Assembly (NCBI GenBank): GCA_021513695.1
Contig: CP084166.1
Coordinates: 3,017,794-3,081,793, forward strand
DNA from: Candidatus Heimdallarchaeum aukensis
Lineage (GTDB): Archaea; Asgardarchaeota; Heimdallarchaeia; Heimdallarchaeales; Heimdallarchaeaceae
Length of the DNA: 64,000 nt
Direction: 5' to 3'
Both the position numbers and the translations under genes were made by a program. The notes below the pieces were generated by a model. That model worked only from the letters and a program-made list of their open reading frames with translations. It made no database searches and was not told the DNA's origin. Of the stretch, positions 9,751 through 19,361 are shown piece after piece. Position 1 is the first letter of the stretch; the number at the start of each line of letters is the position of its first letter.

Positions 9751-9854
9751 TTTGTTTTTTGGTGGATATCTATTAAAATGTTGGGTTTTGCTTCATATTT
9801 AGCTTTTCAGAAAATTTTGGTGTTTAAATAATATGGTGACAGAGTACACTGAAA

Positions 9855-10229
9855 GTGTTAACTATGTTCACTTATGAGCTAGAGGACGAATACTTAACAT
9901 TCATCAAAGAGAGCATAAAGGAGCATATATTTCAGTTACTCGATGAAAATAATGGAAAAATATCGTTAATGAAATTATTTGAAAAAATGATACACATAAA
10001 TAATCATTATTTGGCACAGAAATTAAGAATAGATGCGGCATTACATGAATTAGAATTGCAAGGGATAATTGAAATAAAAAATAAGCAAATAAGAAGGTTA
10101 TCAATGGGTGTATTTGATGAAACTGGCTTTAAAGAAGAATATGTAAAAAACTTTTACGAAAAGAGGAAAAAGGATGAAGAAATAAGGAGAATGATTAGAG
10201 CTCTTAGTCAAACTATACTTTCAGAATAA
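9855..10229 (+). CDS. hypothetical protein (possible winged-helix domain)
   Basis: 124-aa ORF with a typical codon pattern. A helix-rich region is followed by a basic C-terminus. First gene of a co-directional three-gene cluster. Confidence 0.4.
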   Translation: MLTMFTYELEDEYLTFIKESIKEHIFQLLDENNGKISLMKLFEKMIHINNHYLAQKLRIDAALHELELQGIIEIKNKQIRRLSMGVFDETGFKEEYVKNFYEKRKKDEEIRRMIRALSQTILSE

Positions 10230-10278
10230 TTTTTACTAAAAGTTTTTATTTTGAAATCAGTAATAGTTCTATGATACT

Positions 10279-11157
10279 ATGTCCGAAACAAATATACCTC
10301 GAATTGTTCTGGGTTCTGTATTGTATCCCTATTTTGAGCGCATCCCACAGGATCACATACTAAGAAACAAAGAAGAACTTGTTAAGTTGGTTGAGCGGTG
10401 TTATCATGCAGGAGCAAAAGCGTTTTTATTTTATCTTTATAACAAAGAAATTGTTGAAATAGCAAACAGTATTACTGAAAGTATTCCTGATATTTTGTCA
10501 ATGTTTCTCATAAAGTTTGACAACATGGATTACATATTAAACCTTCTTAAAGAACTCAAGAAAAAGCCCTATATTCTATTTTTGTCTTCTGAAATAAGTG
10601 ATCAGAGAGACTCAGAACTTATACAACGGTTTAGGAAAGCTTTGAGCAAACATGCTGAACATATAGGCATATATTCAAGAGAGCCAATAGGCACAGTTTC
10701 CCAGTTAATTACAAGTAATGGGGATATTGAGCATTTTCTAATACCTTTTAATTTGTTAGGTTATGGTGTCCAAAATAGAGCTTTACTTGAGATGATTGTT
10801 AACTCTTCTGAAAATATTTACTATAGCTCTAATCCCGTAGCTGATGGTAAACTAAAAGTAAGGCAGGCTTTAGAATATATTTCGAATCATAATGTCAGAG
10901 GAATTTTAGTAGAATTAGAAGACGAAGAAGACATGTTAGAAACAATAAAGTACGGGAGATATTTCTTAGAAACAAAAGATTTCTTACAAATAACGCTTGA
11001 ATTTGAAGATATTACAGATGTATGTGAGTATTGTGGAATAGGAATGGAAAGATATTATCCACCAAGCAAGAGTGGAGGAAGTTACTTCTACTGTCCTTCA
11101 TGTGGACATACAAAACAAATAACAGAAGTAACATACCAAGAGGAAACAGAAAAATAA
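10279..11157 (+). CDS. hypothetical protein with C-terminal zinc ribbon
   Basis: 292-aa ORF ending in CEYCG...(17)...CPSCGH, a 4-Cys zinc ribbon. Confidence 0.45.
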   Translation: MSETNIPRIVLGSVLYPYFERIPQDHILRNKEELVKLVERCYHAGAKAFLFYLYNKEIVEIANSITESIPDILSMFLIKFDNMDYILNLLKELKKKPYILFLSSEISDQRDSELIQRFRKALSKHAEHIGIYSREPIGTVSQLITSNGDIEHFLIPFNLLGYGVQNRALLEMIVNSSENIYYSSNPVADGKLKVRQALEYISNHNVRGILVELEDEEDMLETIKYGRYFLETKDFLQITLEFEDITDVCEYCGIGMERYYPPSKSGGSYFYCPSCGHTKQITEVTYQEETEK

Positions 11158-11399
11158 TTTCAATTGGAAAAAATAAAAACAAAGATAAAACTTGAGTTAA
11201 GAAATAGTAAAGTAACTTTTATTTAATTAGCAAAGATATCTATTCTTAAAGATAATATTACTGTTATCACTTTAAAATATATTTTTGTAATTTTCAAAAA
11301 AATAGAAACGATTATCTATGTTATTAGCTGAACTTCAATATCTGACTAATTGATTATATTAATAAAGTACAGTGTTTTCTCTTTGTTAGATAGGAAAGA

Positions 11400-11999
11400 G
11401 TGTTGATACGTATGGCTAGATGTAAATATTGTAACAAAATAATTCCCGATGAAGCTGAATTTTGTCCTTACTGCGGAAAAAAGAAGCCTATAAGAAAAAT
11501 TGTGGGTGAAATCGAAGACATAACAAAAAAAGTTAGAGAAAAAATCGAAAAAAGAATTCCCACTATAAGGAAACAAGCTTTAGAAATACTAGACAGATTG
11601 TCATCTAAAGCAAAACAAGCTTCTCTTCCAGATTTTGTGGATAGAACAAAGGTTATCTCAATTCTTAATGATTTGAAAGCTAAATTAGATACTGAAACTG
11701 ATCAATCCAAGATACAAGAATACTCTGAATGGGCTAATTTGATTGAGCAGACGATTAGTGGAGAAAATTGTATAATTTGTTATCAACCATTTGATATTCA
11801 TAAAGATGGTCATTTAGACGTCTCTCTCTGCCCTTCATGTCATTATGCCGCTCACGTTAATCATTTTGAAGCTTGGTTAGACAAAAAAGCTGTATGTCCA
11901 ATATGTAAGGCTTCAATATCTAAAAATCAACTAGTTCGAGGGTATATTCAACATAAAGAAGGTGAAATTGTTTTTACTTCTTCAGAAAAACAATTTTAA
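11400..11999 (+). CDS. zinc-ribbon plus RING-like (cross-brace) zinc-finger protein
   Basis: N-terminus CKYCN...(10)...CPYCG is a zinc ribbon. C-terminus CIICYQPFDIHKDGHLDVSLCPSCHYAAHVNHFEAWLDKKAVCPICK has the spacing C-x2-C-x13-C-x2-C-H-x3-H-x2-H-x10-C-x2-C, consistent with a RING-H2-like domain. Confidence 0.55.
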   Translation: MLIRMARCKYCNKIIPDEAEFCPYCGKKKPIRKIVGEIEDITKKVREKIEKRIPTIRKQALEILDRLSSKAKQASLPDFVDRTKVISILNDLKAKLDTETDQSKIQEYSEWANLIEQTISGENCIICYQPFDIHKDGHLDVSLCPSCHYAAHVNHFEAWLDKKAVCPICKASISKNQLVRGYIQHKEGEIVFTSSEKQF

Positions 12000-12022
12000 A
12001 TCCTCTTTTTTTTATAGTTTTA

Positions 12023-12628
12023 ATGATAGTTAATAAATCTGAACTTGCAAGGATTTTAGTTTCAAATAATATCCTCAAATTTGGCTCTTTTACATTAAAA
12101 TCTGGGGCAAAAAGCTGGTTCTATGTTGATTTAAGACTCATTCCTTCCATTCCTGAAGTATTCAACTATGTTATTGAATCATATATTAAAAAAATAAATG
12201 AATTAGACACAGTAGATGCTGTTGCAGGAATAGCTGTTGCAGGAATACCTTTTTCCTCTGTTATAGGTTATAAACTTAATTTGCCTTCTTTAATAGTAAG
12301 AAAACAATCAAAAGATTATGGATTACAGAAAATGGTCGAAGGGAGAGCTAAAGAGAAAGCAATTATTTTACTTATTGATGATGTAATTACCACTGGAGGA
12401 AGTAAAACCCCTGCTATTCTCGCTCTTCGAGAAAATAACTATGTGGTAAAGGATCTTTTAGTACTTATAGATAGAAGTGAAGGAAAAGCAGAAGAATTAA
12501 AGAAACAAGGGGTTACAGTCCATTCTGTAGCTAAGATAGAAGAAATTTTTGAAGAATGCTTGAATTTATCTGATGAAGACATATCTCCAAATATTAAAGA
12601 AATAATAAGAAATAATTTCAAAAACTAA
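12023..12628 (+). CDS. pyrE: orotate phosphoribosyltransferase
   Basis: PRPP-binding motif LLIDDVITTGGS, length 201 aa, located in a pyrimidine gene cluster. Confidence 0.85.
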   Translation: MIVNKSELARILVSNNILKFGSFTLKSGAKSWFYVDLRLIPSIPEVFNYVIESYIKKINELDTVDAVAGIAVAGIPFSSVIGYKLNLPSLIVRKQSKDYGLQKMVEGRAKEKAIILLIDDVITTGGSKTPAILALRENNYVVKDLLVLIDRSEGKAEELKKQGVTVHSVAKIEEIFEECLNLSDEDISPNIKEIIRNNFKN

Positions 12629-13428
12629 AATCTCACTCTTCTTCTTACTACTTCTTTCTGTTTTTCATTGAACATTTTTTGATACTTTTCAGCTTCTTTT
12701 TTAGGATCTGAAGAATAAATAATTGCTCTACCTACATTAACCATAGTCTTAGCTCCAAAGTGGAAAAAGAGAGAATCAGCACTTCCACCTTGTGCTCCTA
12801 CTCCAGGAACTAAAGCAATACATCTGTCACCTACCTTTTTTCTAATTAAAGCTACATCCTCTTTTGATACATGACCTGTAGCTCCAATCACACAACCATC
12901 AGAAGAAGCTTCTTTGATCTGATTGGCAATATAAAGATAAAGAGGATTGTTATCAATTGTTGCTTTTTTCTGGTATTCTGCTTCAGGATTAGACATAAGT
13001 GTAAGTACAATTATTCCTAATCCATGTTTATGGGCTGTCTTTGTTGCTTCTTTTGTGTTTCCAGCAAAAGGAGAAAAAGTAAAAGCATCAAATCCCTCTT
13101 CTTTAAACCAGTAAATAGCAGAATCATTAGTTGAACCTATATCTCCAAGTTTATGATCAATAATAGAAAGCATACCTAAAGAGTGAATAAGTTTGTTTAT
13201 TTCTTTAACCTCATCAATTGTCAATCCAATGATATATTGTCTATTAATTTTTATTACACTTGTATGTTTTTCTACTGCTTTGATTGTGTCTATCATAAAC
13301 TCTAGTTTTGTCATCCCTTTAGGAATAGTATTTTTTTCTCTTTGATTTGGTATTGCAGGATCTAAGCCTACACACAAATAGCTTTTCTTGATTTTAGAAT
13401 GTTCCAGATACTTATCTACAAAATTCAT
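12625..13428 (-). CDS. pyrF: orotidine 5'-phosphate decarboxylase
   Basis: LCVGLDP motif near the N-terminus. Adjacent to pyrC. Confidence 0.8.
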   Translation of the reverse strand: MNFVDKYLEHSKIKKSYLCVGLDPAIPNQREKNTIPKGMTKLEFMIDTIKAVEKHTSVIKINRQYIIGLTIDEVKEINKLIHSLGMLSIIDHKLGDIGSTNDSAIYWFKEEGFDAFTFSPFAGNTKEATKTAHKHGLGIIVLTLMSNPEAEYQKKATIDNNPLYLYIANQIKEASSDGCVIGATGHVSKEDVALIRKKVGDRCIALVPGVGAQGGSADSLFFHFGAKTMVNVGRAIIYSSDPKKEAEKYQKMFNEKQKEVVRRRVRF

Positions 13429-13441
13429 TCTTTTATTCCTC

Positions 13442-14635
13442 TTATCTCTTCAACATTATCTTTCCATCTTTTATAACGTATTTGATGTTAGCATATAGTG
13501 GAAGATTTTCGAAAGCTGACCATTTAACTTTTGATTTTACCCAGTCTTTATCGATAAAAATGGCTTCTTTAAGGTCAGCAATAATTATATTTCCATCTTC
13601 TATACTCGCATTGTTTATATTAAGTAATTTAGAAGGAAAACTATGATATGCTTCTATTCCTCTATCCCACGTAATTTCTCCTCTTTTTACTAAACTGAAA
13701 ACAGAAGGTAATAGCTCTTGCACTCCAGGCATACCACTTAACCTTTTTTCTTTCTTTTCTTCTATGGTGTGAGGAGAGTGATCAGAGCTTATCATCTCAA
13801 TTTCACCAGTAGAAAAGGCATCTTTTATTTCTATTCTATCTCCTTCTAACCTCAGCGGAGGATTGACTTTCTTTTTCCATTCTTCAATTTCACTCTTTTC
13901 ATCAAAAAAAATGTAACGAGGACAAGTGTCAACTGTTAGATTGTTTCTTTTTGTTACTCTAAGCACACGGAGGGCAAGATAGGATGAAAGGTGAGTAACG
14001 TGAAATTTTAGTTTTGGGTAAATAGAAGCCCAGATACTTATTTGTCTCACAGCTTCTCCTTCTGCTTCTGGAGGACGTTGTTCAAGATGACTTTTCTTGT
14101 TTTTGTTTTCATTTAGAATATCCGGGTCTTCAGCATGAAAAATAATCGGTTTGTCTGTTTCTATGTCTTCAAGAATTGAAAGAGCTTTTTCTATATTTTC
14201 TTTAGTTATTGAAAGGTTTCCAAAAGATTCAGACATAAAAACTTTGTAAGCATCACATACTTCATCTATTTCTCTTAACTGGTTAATATTTGAGTTAGTT
14301 ATTGCAGAGGCAACAAGTATATCGATTTGGCTTTTTTTCGCTAGTTCTTTCTTTAGAATGATATTCTTCACTGAATCAGTAATAGGATTAGTATTAGGCA
14401 TGTCTAAGACTTTAACTACTCCACCATTTAGTGCAGCAATTGACCCTGAAACGAAGTCCTCTTTATGTTCATAACCTGGTTGACGAAAATGAACATGAAT
14501 ATCAATTCCTACGGGTAGACCAATTAATCGTGTTCCATCAATCTTTATATCTTCTTTAGATTCAATTTCTAAATCTTGAATGTAGAAATCTTTTGTTAAA
14601 TTGTCCCAACTTTCTATATTTTCTATTTTTATCAA
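13442..14635 (-). CDS. pyrC: dihydroorotase
   Basis: GIDIHVHFRQPG metal-binding HxH motif, amidohydrolase fold, length 397 aa. Confidence 0.8.
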   Translation of the reverse strand: MIKIENIESWDNLTKDFYIQDLEIESKEDIKIDGTRLIGLPVGIDIHVHFRQPGYEHKEDFVSGSIAALNGGVVKVLDMPNTNPITDSVKNIILKKELAKKSQIDILVASAITNSNINQLREIDEVCDAYKVFMSESFGNLSITKENIEKALSILEDIETDKPIIFHAEDPDILNENKNKKSHLEQRPPEAEGEAVRQISIWASIYPKLKFHVTHLSSYLALRVLRVTKRNNLTVDTCPRYIFFDEKSEIEEWKKKVNPPLRLEGDRIEIKDAFSTGEIEMISSDHSPHTIEEKKEKRLSGMPGVQELLPSVFSLVKRGEITWDRGIEAYHSFPSKLLNINNASIEDGNIIIADLKEAIFIDKDWVKSKVKWSAFENLPLYANIKYVIKDGKIMLKR

Positions 14636-15490
14636 TCAAATCTCCTCTTTTTTTCCACTTGGTAAACGAGAATAATTACCAAAATCATCCATTTTTTCTA
14701 ATTGCTCTCTAGAAAAAACAGGACCGTCGACGCAGATTCTTAGTCCTTCTGGATCTACAACACAAGCACCACAAAGACCAAAGCCACAACGCATGTGTCT
14801 ATCAGCTAAACTCATTTGTATGTCAATAATATGGTTATAATTTTTACAGATATCAAACAATATTTTCATCATTTTTTCTGGTCCTGCAGAATATATAACA
14901 ACACTTTTCTCATTATCTTTATTTAAATACTCCTTTACCCCTTCAGTAGGAAAACCTTTTTTTCCATAACTTCCATCATCAGTAAATGGGAAAAAATCTA
15001 TTTTTTTCTCTTTTTTCCATTTTTCTAGAAGTTCAACATAAAGCAGTTTTTCTTTTGTTCTTGCTCCTTCAAAAACAAAGATTTCATCTTGTTCAGTTCT
15101 TCCTTTAATTATCTCTTCTATTAAGTACTTAAGAGGGGGCATGCCGTACCCTCCCCCAACAATAATATGTGTGATTGATTTTTTAATCCGGAAAGCTTTT
15201 CCAAAAAATCCTCTTATCCCTACAAGATCTCCTTGTTCAAGTTCAAACAATGCTTTTGTTCCTTCTCCAACTTTGGCAACGCAAAGTTCTAGTATCTGGT
15301 CCTTAATCCCTGCGACACCTATTGGAAATTCATCTATTCCAGGAACCCATAACATAACAAATTGTCCGGGTTTAGGTTTTTTTGGTGTAAAAGGAAGTTT
15401 AATAGAAAATGTTCGTGTATCTTCGTTTTCTTCCATTATTTTAATAATTTTACACATCTCTGGTTTAGAGTTGTGAAAATACTTAGTCAT
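14636..15490 (-). CDS. pyrK: dihydroorotate dehydrogenase electron-transfer subunit
   Basis: FAD/NAD-binding ferredoxin-reductase-like fold with a C-terminal Cys cluster (CGFGLCGACV). Immediately downstream of pyrD. Confidence 0.8.
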   Translation of the reverse strand: MTKYFHNSKPEMCKIIKIMEENEDTRTFSIKLPFTPKKPKPGQFVMLWVPGIDEFPIGVAGIKDQILELCVAKVGEGTKALFELEQGDLVGIRGFFGKAFRIKKSITHIIVGGGYGMPPLKYLIEEIIKGRTEQDEIFVFEGARTKEKLLYVELLEKWKKEKKIDFFPFTDDGSYGKKGFPTEGVKEYLNKDNEKSVVIYSAGPEKMMKILFDICKNYNHIIDIQMSLADRHMRCGFGLCGACVVDPEGLRICVDGPVFSREQLEKMDDFGNYSRLPSGKKEEI

Positions 15491-16415
15491 TATGGGCTCC
15501 TCCTATTAATTCAGAAATAGACTCTACCTTTTGTTCATGCATGTATTTCTTTATTTGTTGGATAAATAAGTTAGTTTTATTCTCTGGATATTTTATTCCT
15601 ATAGCTGTTCCAACTTCCACTGCAGATGCTCCAGCGAGTAAATATTCTATGACATCATATCCTGAATTTATTCCCCCCACACCTACAATGGGGATAGTTT
15701 CTCCAAAACGTTCGAATAAGTCATAAACAAACCTAATCCCAATTGGTTTAATCGCTGCTCCAGATAACCCTCCTCTCTTAAAACCCAAAATAGGTTTTTT
15801 TGAATATATATCAATAATCATGGCTTTTAAAGTGTTGATTGCTACTAAAGCCGAAGCACCTCCTTTTATTGCAGCTTCTGCAATTTCAAAAATATCTGTG
15901 ATGTTGGGAGTAAGTTTAACCCAAATTGGTTTAGAAGTTCTTTTTTGCATTTCTTTTGTAATTTCATAAACAAGTTGGGGGTCTGTTCCTACTGCTAGTC
16001 CTTCTTTTTCAGTATTGGGACAAGAAAGATTTAACTCGAAACAAAGAAAAGGTAAATCATCTAACCCTTCTAATACTTCACTAAATTCATCAATATTACC
16101 ACCAAATATAGAAACAATGGTAGGGACCTCTTTTTCGATGAGAATCTTTAATTCTTCTCTGTATAGTTTGTAACCAGGGTTAGCTAGTCCAACAGAGTTA
16201 ATTGCACTCTTGATCTCATGTAGAAAAAAAACACTAGGATTAGGGTTTCCTTTTCTCTCATCAATTCCAATACTTTTTGTTATAACTGCTCCAAAACCTG
16301 AATTGTAAATTCTGTTTAGTGAAGAATAGGAAGAACCTAGAACTCCTGAAGCTAGAATCAAAGGGTTACGTAGTGTTATTTTTCCTATTTTTGTTTCAAG
16401 GTTCATCAAAAACAT
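15483..16415 (-). CDS. pyrD: dihydroorotate dehydrogenase catalytic subunit (class 1B)
   Basis: TIM-barrel DHOD motifs (GGVLGSS-like N-terminus and NLSCPN in the active-site loop), length 310 aa. Confidence 0.85.
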   Translation of the reverse strand: MFLMNLETKIGKITLRNPLILASGVLGSSYSSLNRIYNSGFGAVITKSIGIDERKGNPNPSVFFLHEIKSAINSVGLANPGYKLYREELKILIEKEVPTIVSIFGGNIDEFSEVLEGLDDLPFLCFELNLSCPNTEKEGLAVGTDPQLVYEITKEMQKRTSKPIWVKLTPNITDIFEIAEAAIKGGASALVAINTLKAMIIDIYSKKPILGFKRGGLSGAAIKPIGIRFVYDLFERFGETIPIVGVGGINSGYDVIEYLLAGASAVEVGTAIGIKYPENKTNLFIQQIKKYMHEQKVESISELIGGAHND

Positions 16416-16601
16416 TTTGTTTAGCTATTATTAAAATTTTAGAAGAAACTATACAGATTTGAATTTTGTAAACTTTTTTAATAAAAGTTTAACTTTATTG
16501 TTTAACTTGACCTAAAGGAAGGAAAAAAGTATTTCTTATAATAATAAAACATTAATACTGAGATGTAAAAGTCCTTTATCTCTCAATTTATATTAAATCT
16601 G

Positions 16602-17312
16602 GTGAAACAGTTGACACGCATAGCAATTATCTCTGATATTCACGGTAATATCTTCGGTCTTAAAGCATTCTTTGAGGATATAAAAACAAAAAAAATCGAT
16701 GAAATTATCTGTTTAGGAGATGTTGTAGGTTACTATCCCTATCCAAATGAAGTAATAGACCTTGTCAGAGAAAAATGCTCAATAACCATCTTAGGAAATC
16801 ATGATGCTGGAGTGATAGGTGTTGAACCAGAATTCAATTTTAATAAGTATGCTTTAGAAGCTCTTAACTGGACAAAGGAACATATAAACGAAGAAAACCT
16901 TAACTGGTTAAAAACCCTAAAGAAAAGGGTTCAAATTGTAAGTGATAATAAAAATCTATATCTAGTTCATGGCTCACCTTATGATGTTTTTGATTATATT
17001 TATGTCTTTGATGAAAGAGATAAAAAGATGATTTTAGAAACTATAGAGTTTTTCAAAACTGATGTTTTGATGGTGGGACATACACATGTTCCAGTAAAAG
17101 TAGAATATGATAACGGAAAGCTTTTTCTTAATCCTGGTTCCATCGGTCAACCTAGAAATGGACATAAGGGCGCATATTATGCCATTTTAGATACTGAAAC
17201 TTTTACTACAGAGTTTTACAGGCTTTTATACGACTTTAGTGAATTACAAGAAAAAGTGATAGAAGAGGGTTTACCCGAAATTCTTGCAACAAGGTTAGAT
17301 GAAGGAAGATAA
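16602..17312 (+). CDS. metallophosphoesterase (YfcE/MJ0936-like)
   Basis: ISDIHGN, GDVVGY and GNHD motifs. Apparent GTG start. Confidence 0.75.
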   Translation: MKQLTRIAIISDIHGNIFGLKAFFEDIKTKKIDEIICLGDVVGYYPYPNEVIDLVREKCSITILGNHDAGVIGVEPEFNFNKYALEALNWTKEHINEENLNWLKTLKKRVQIVSDNKNLYLVHGSPYDVFDYIYVFDERDKKMILETIEFFKTDVLMVGHTHVPVKVEYDNGKLFLNPGSIGQPRNGHKGAYYAILDTETFTTEFYRLLYDFSELQEKVIEEGLPEILATRLDEGR

Positions 17313-17315
17313 TTT

Positions 17316-17717
17316 CTAATAATCATCAAAGTCGTAAGGTATTAAATCTTCTCCATACTCTTTTTCTAGTTCTCTAAGTTGTGCTTCTTCATTTTCGTGA
17401 TATAAATCATGAAGGATTACTAAAGCTACTCCTGGAGGAGCTCCAATTAAAACACTTAATTCTCTGTAATCTATTCCTGGATTTTCTGGAATAATATTAG
17501 TTTGAACATAACCTTTTAAATTTGCATAGTTAGCTATACTTCTTACAGCATCGATTAGATCGTTGATTTTTCCTTGAAAGCCTGGAAAATTTACATGGTT
17601 TAGTTTATATTGCTTTATTTTCTCTCTAAGTTTTCTTTTTTCTTCTTCTCTTCTTTTCCTAAGTTCTTTTATTTTTCTACCCCTATCTTCATCAATGAAA
17701 TGAGTTAAATCGACCAT
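17316..17717 (-). CDS. hypothetical protein
   Basis: 133-aa ORF with a charged N-terminal helix. No family recognised. Confidence 0.35.
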   Translation of the reverse strand: MVDLTHFIDEDRGRKIKELRKRREEEKRKLREKIKQYKLNHVNFPGFQGKINDLIDAVRSIANYANLKGYVQTNIIPENPGIDYRELSVLIGAPPGVALVILHDLYHENEEAQLRELEKEYGEDLIPYDFDDY

Positions 17718-17822
17718 TTTTTTACCCCAGCTATTTCCGACGCTCTAAGTTATAAATCGATAATAATAAAAAAAGTTATGTATTGAATTTTTTTCTGAAA
17801 GTGAAACTTTTTCAGAATGTAA

Positions 17823-19322
17823 TCACTTAATCCAACTTTTACTCCTTTTTACGGCCTCGTGCCATTTTTCTAGCATCTTGTCTTTTTTGTCGGCATCTAG
17901 GTGAGGAGTGAATTCAATATCAATACTAAAATTCTTTTCGATATCTGTTAAATTCTCCCAATATTCGACTGCTAATCCAGCTAGGTAAGCAGCTCCTAGG
18001 GCTGTAGTCTCCTTCACTAGTGGGCGTTGAACAACAGTTTGAGAAATATCAGATTGGAACTGGAGAAGAGGATCGCAATTTGTTACTCCTCCATCGACTC
18101 GAAGAACAGGAATATCTTTTCCAGAATCCTTCTTCATTGCGTCTATAACATCTTGAGATTGAAAAACAATTGATTCTAGTGCTGCACGTATAATGTGGTT
18201 GCTTGTAGTAGCTTGGGTTAAACCTATGATTATTCCTCTAGCAAATGAGTCCCAGTATGGAGCACCTAAACCAACAAAAGCAGGCACCAAATAAACTCCT
18301 TCAGTCGTCGGAGTTCGATTCATTACTTCTGTAGTTTGTTTTACATCTGGAAGAATACCTATTTTATTCTTTAACCAGTTTAATAGTGCACCAGTGATAA
18401 ATACACTCCCTTCAAGAGCATAAGTAATATTGTCATTATCCAACTTCCATGCGATAGTTGACAATAATCCATTTTTTGAGAAAACTATATCTTCTCCTGT
18501 ATTTTGTAGGAGAAAGTTACCTGTTCCATAAGTATTTTTAACAGAACCTGGTTGAAAACATGTTTGTCCAAAAAGTGCAGCTTGTTGGTCTCCAGCAGCA
18601 CCAGAAACAGGAATAGAAACAGAAAAAAGATCTTTTTTTGTTTCACCATAGGTATTCTTATCACTTGAAGGTTTAATATCTGGAAGAGCATAAATTATGT
18701 CTTCTGGTAAACCAATTGTTTCTATAAGCTCATCGTCCCAAGTCCCTTTGTGAATATTCATAAGTAAAGTTCTTGATGCATTAGAATAGTCTGTAACGTG
18801 ATTTCCTGTTAGGTTATAAATTAACCAAGAGTCAATAGTTCCAATTTGTAGTTTTCCGCTGTTTAACTTATCTCTTACTTTAGGAACATTTTCAATCAAC
18901 CATTTTATTTTTGTTCCAGAGAAATATGGGTCTAGAACCAATCCAGTCTTCTCTTTAAACAATTCAGAATAGTCCTTCCTTAGGTCTTCACAAAAGTTAG
19001 CTGTTCTCCTACACTGCCAAACAATAGCATTGTACAAAGGCTTACCGTTTTCTTTATCCCAAACAACAATAGTTTCTCTCTGATTTGTTATTCCAATTGC
19101 AGAAATTTGAGAGAAATCTATTTTTTCCTTGTTTACTGCGTCTATAATTACCTTTAAAGAATTTTTTAAAATTTCTTCCGGATTGTGTTCAACCCAACCT
19201 TCATTCGGAAAAATCTGTTGATGCTCTAAATAGGAGTTAGAAACCTCCAAACCTTTCTTATTAAATATTATTGCTCTAGTTCCCGTTGTTCCTTGATCGA
19301 TTGCTAAGATATAATTATTCAT
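17823..19322 (-). CDS. glpK: glycerol kinase
   Basis: ILAIDQGTTGTRAIIFN N-terminus and FGGY-family sugar kinase motifs, length 499 aa. Confidence 0.9.
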   Translation of the reverse strand: MNNYILAIDQGTTGTRAIIFNKKGLEVSNSYLEHQQIFPNEGWVEHNPEEILKNSLKVIIDAVNKEKIDFSQISAIGITNQRETIVVWDKENGKPLYNAIVWQCRRTANFCEDLRKDYSELFKEKTGLVLDPYFSGTKIKWLIENVPKVRDKLNSGKLQIGTIDSWLIYNLTGNHVTDYSNASRTLLMNIHKGTWDDELIETIGLPEDIIYALPDIKPSSDKNTYGETKKDLFSVSIPVSGAAGDQQAALFGQTCFQPGSVKNTYGTGNFLLQNTGEDIVFSKNGLLSTIAWKLDNDNITYALEGSVFITGALLNWLKNKIGILPDVKQTTEVMNRTPTTEGVYLVPAFVGLGAPYWDSFARGIIIGLTQATTSNHIIRAALESIVFQSQDVIDAMKKDSGKDIPVLRVDGGVTNCDPLLQFQSDISQTVVQRPLVKETTALGAAYLAGLAVEYWENLTDIEKNFSIDIEFTPHLDADKKDKMLEKWHEAVKRSKSWIK

Positions 19323-19361
19323 AGTTTTTTTTTTAAAAAAAGTATTAATATGTTTTTTGTG

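Noticed and set aside
17770-17815. Hairpin TTCTGAAAgtgaaacTTTTCAGAA between glpK and the downstream gene
   Set aside because: Could be a terminator-like structure, but archaeal termination relies on oligo-T tracts and both flanking genes are co-directional. Too weak to annotate.
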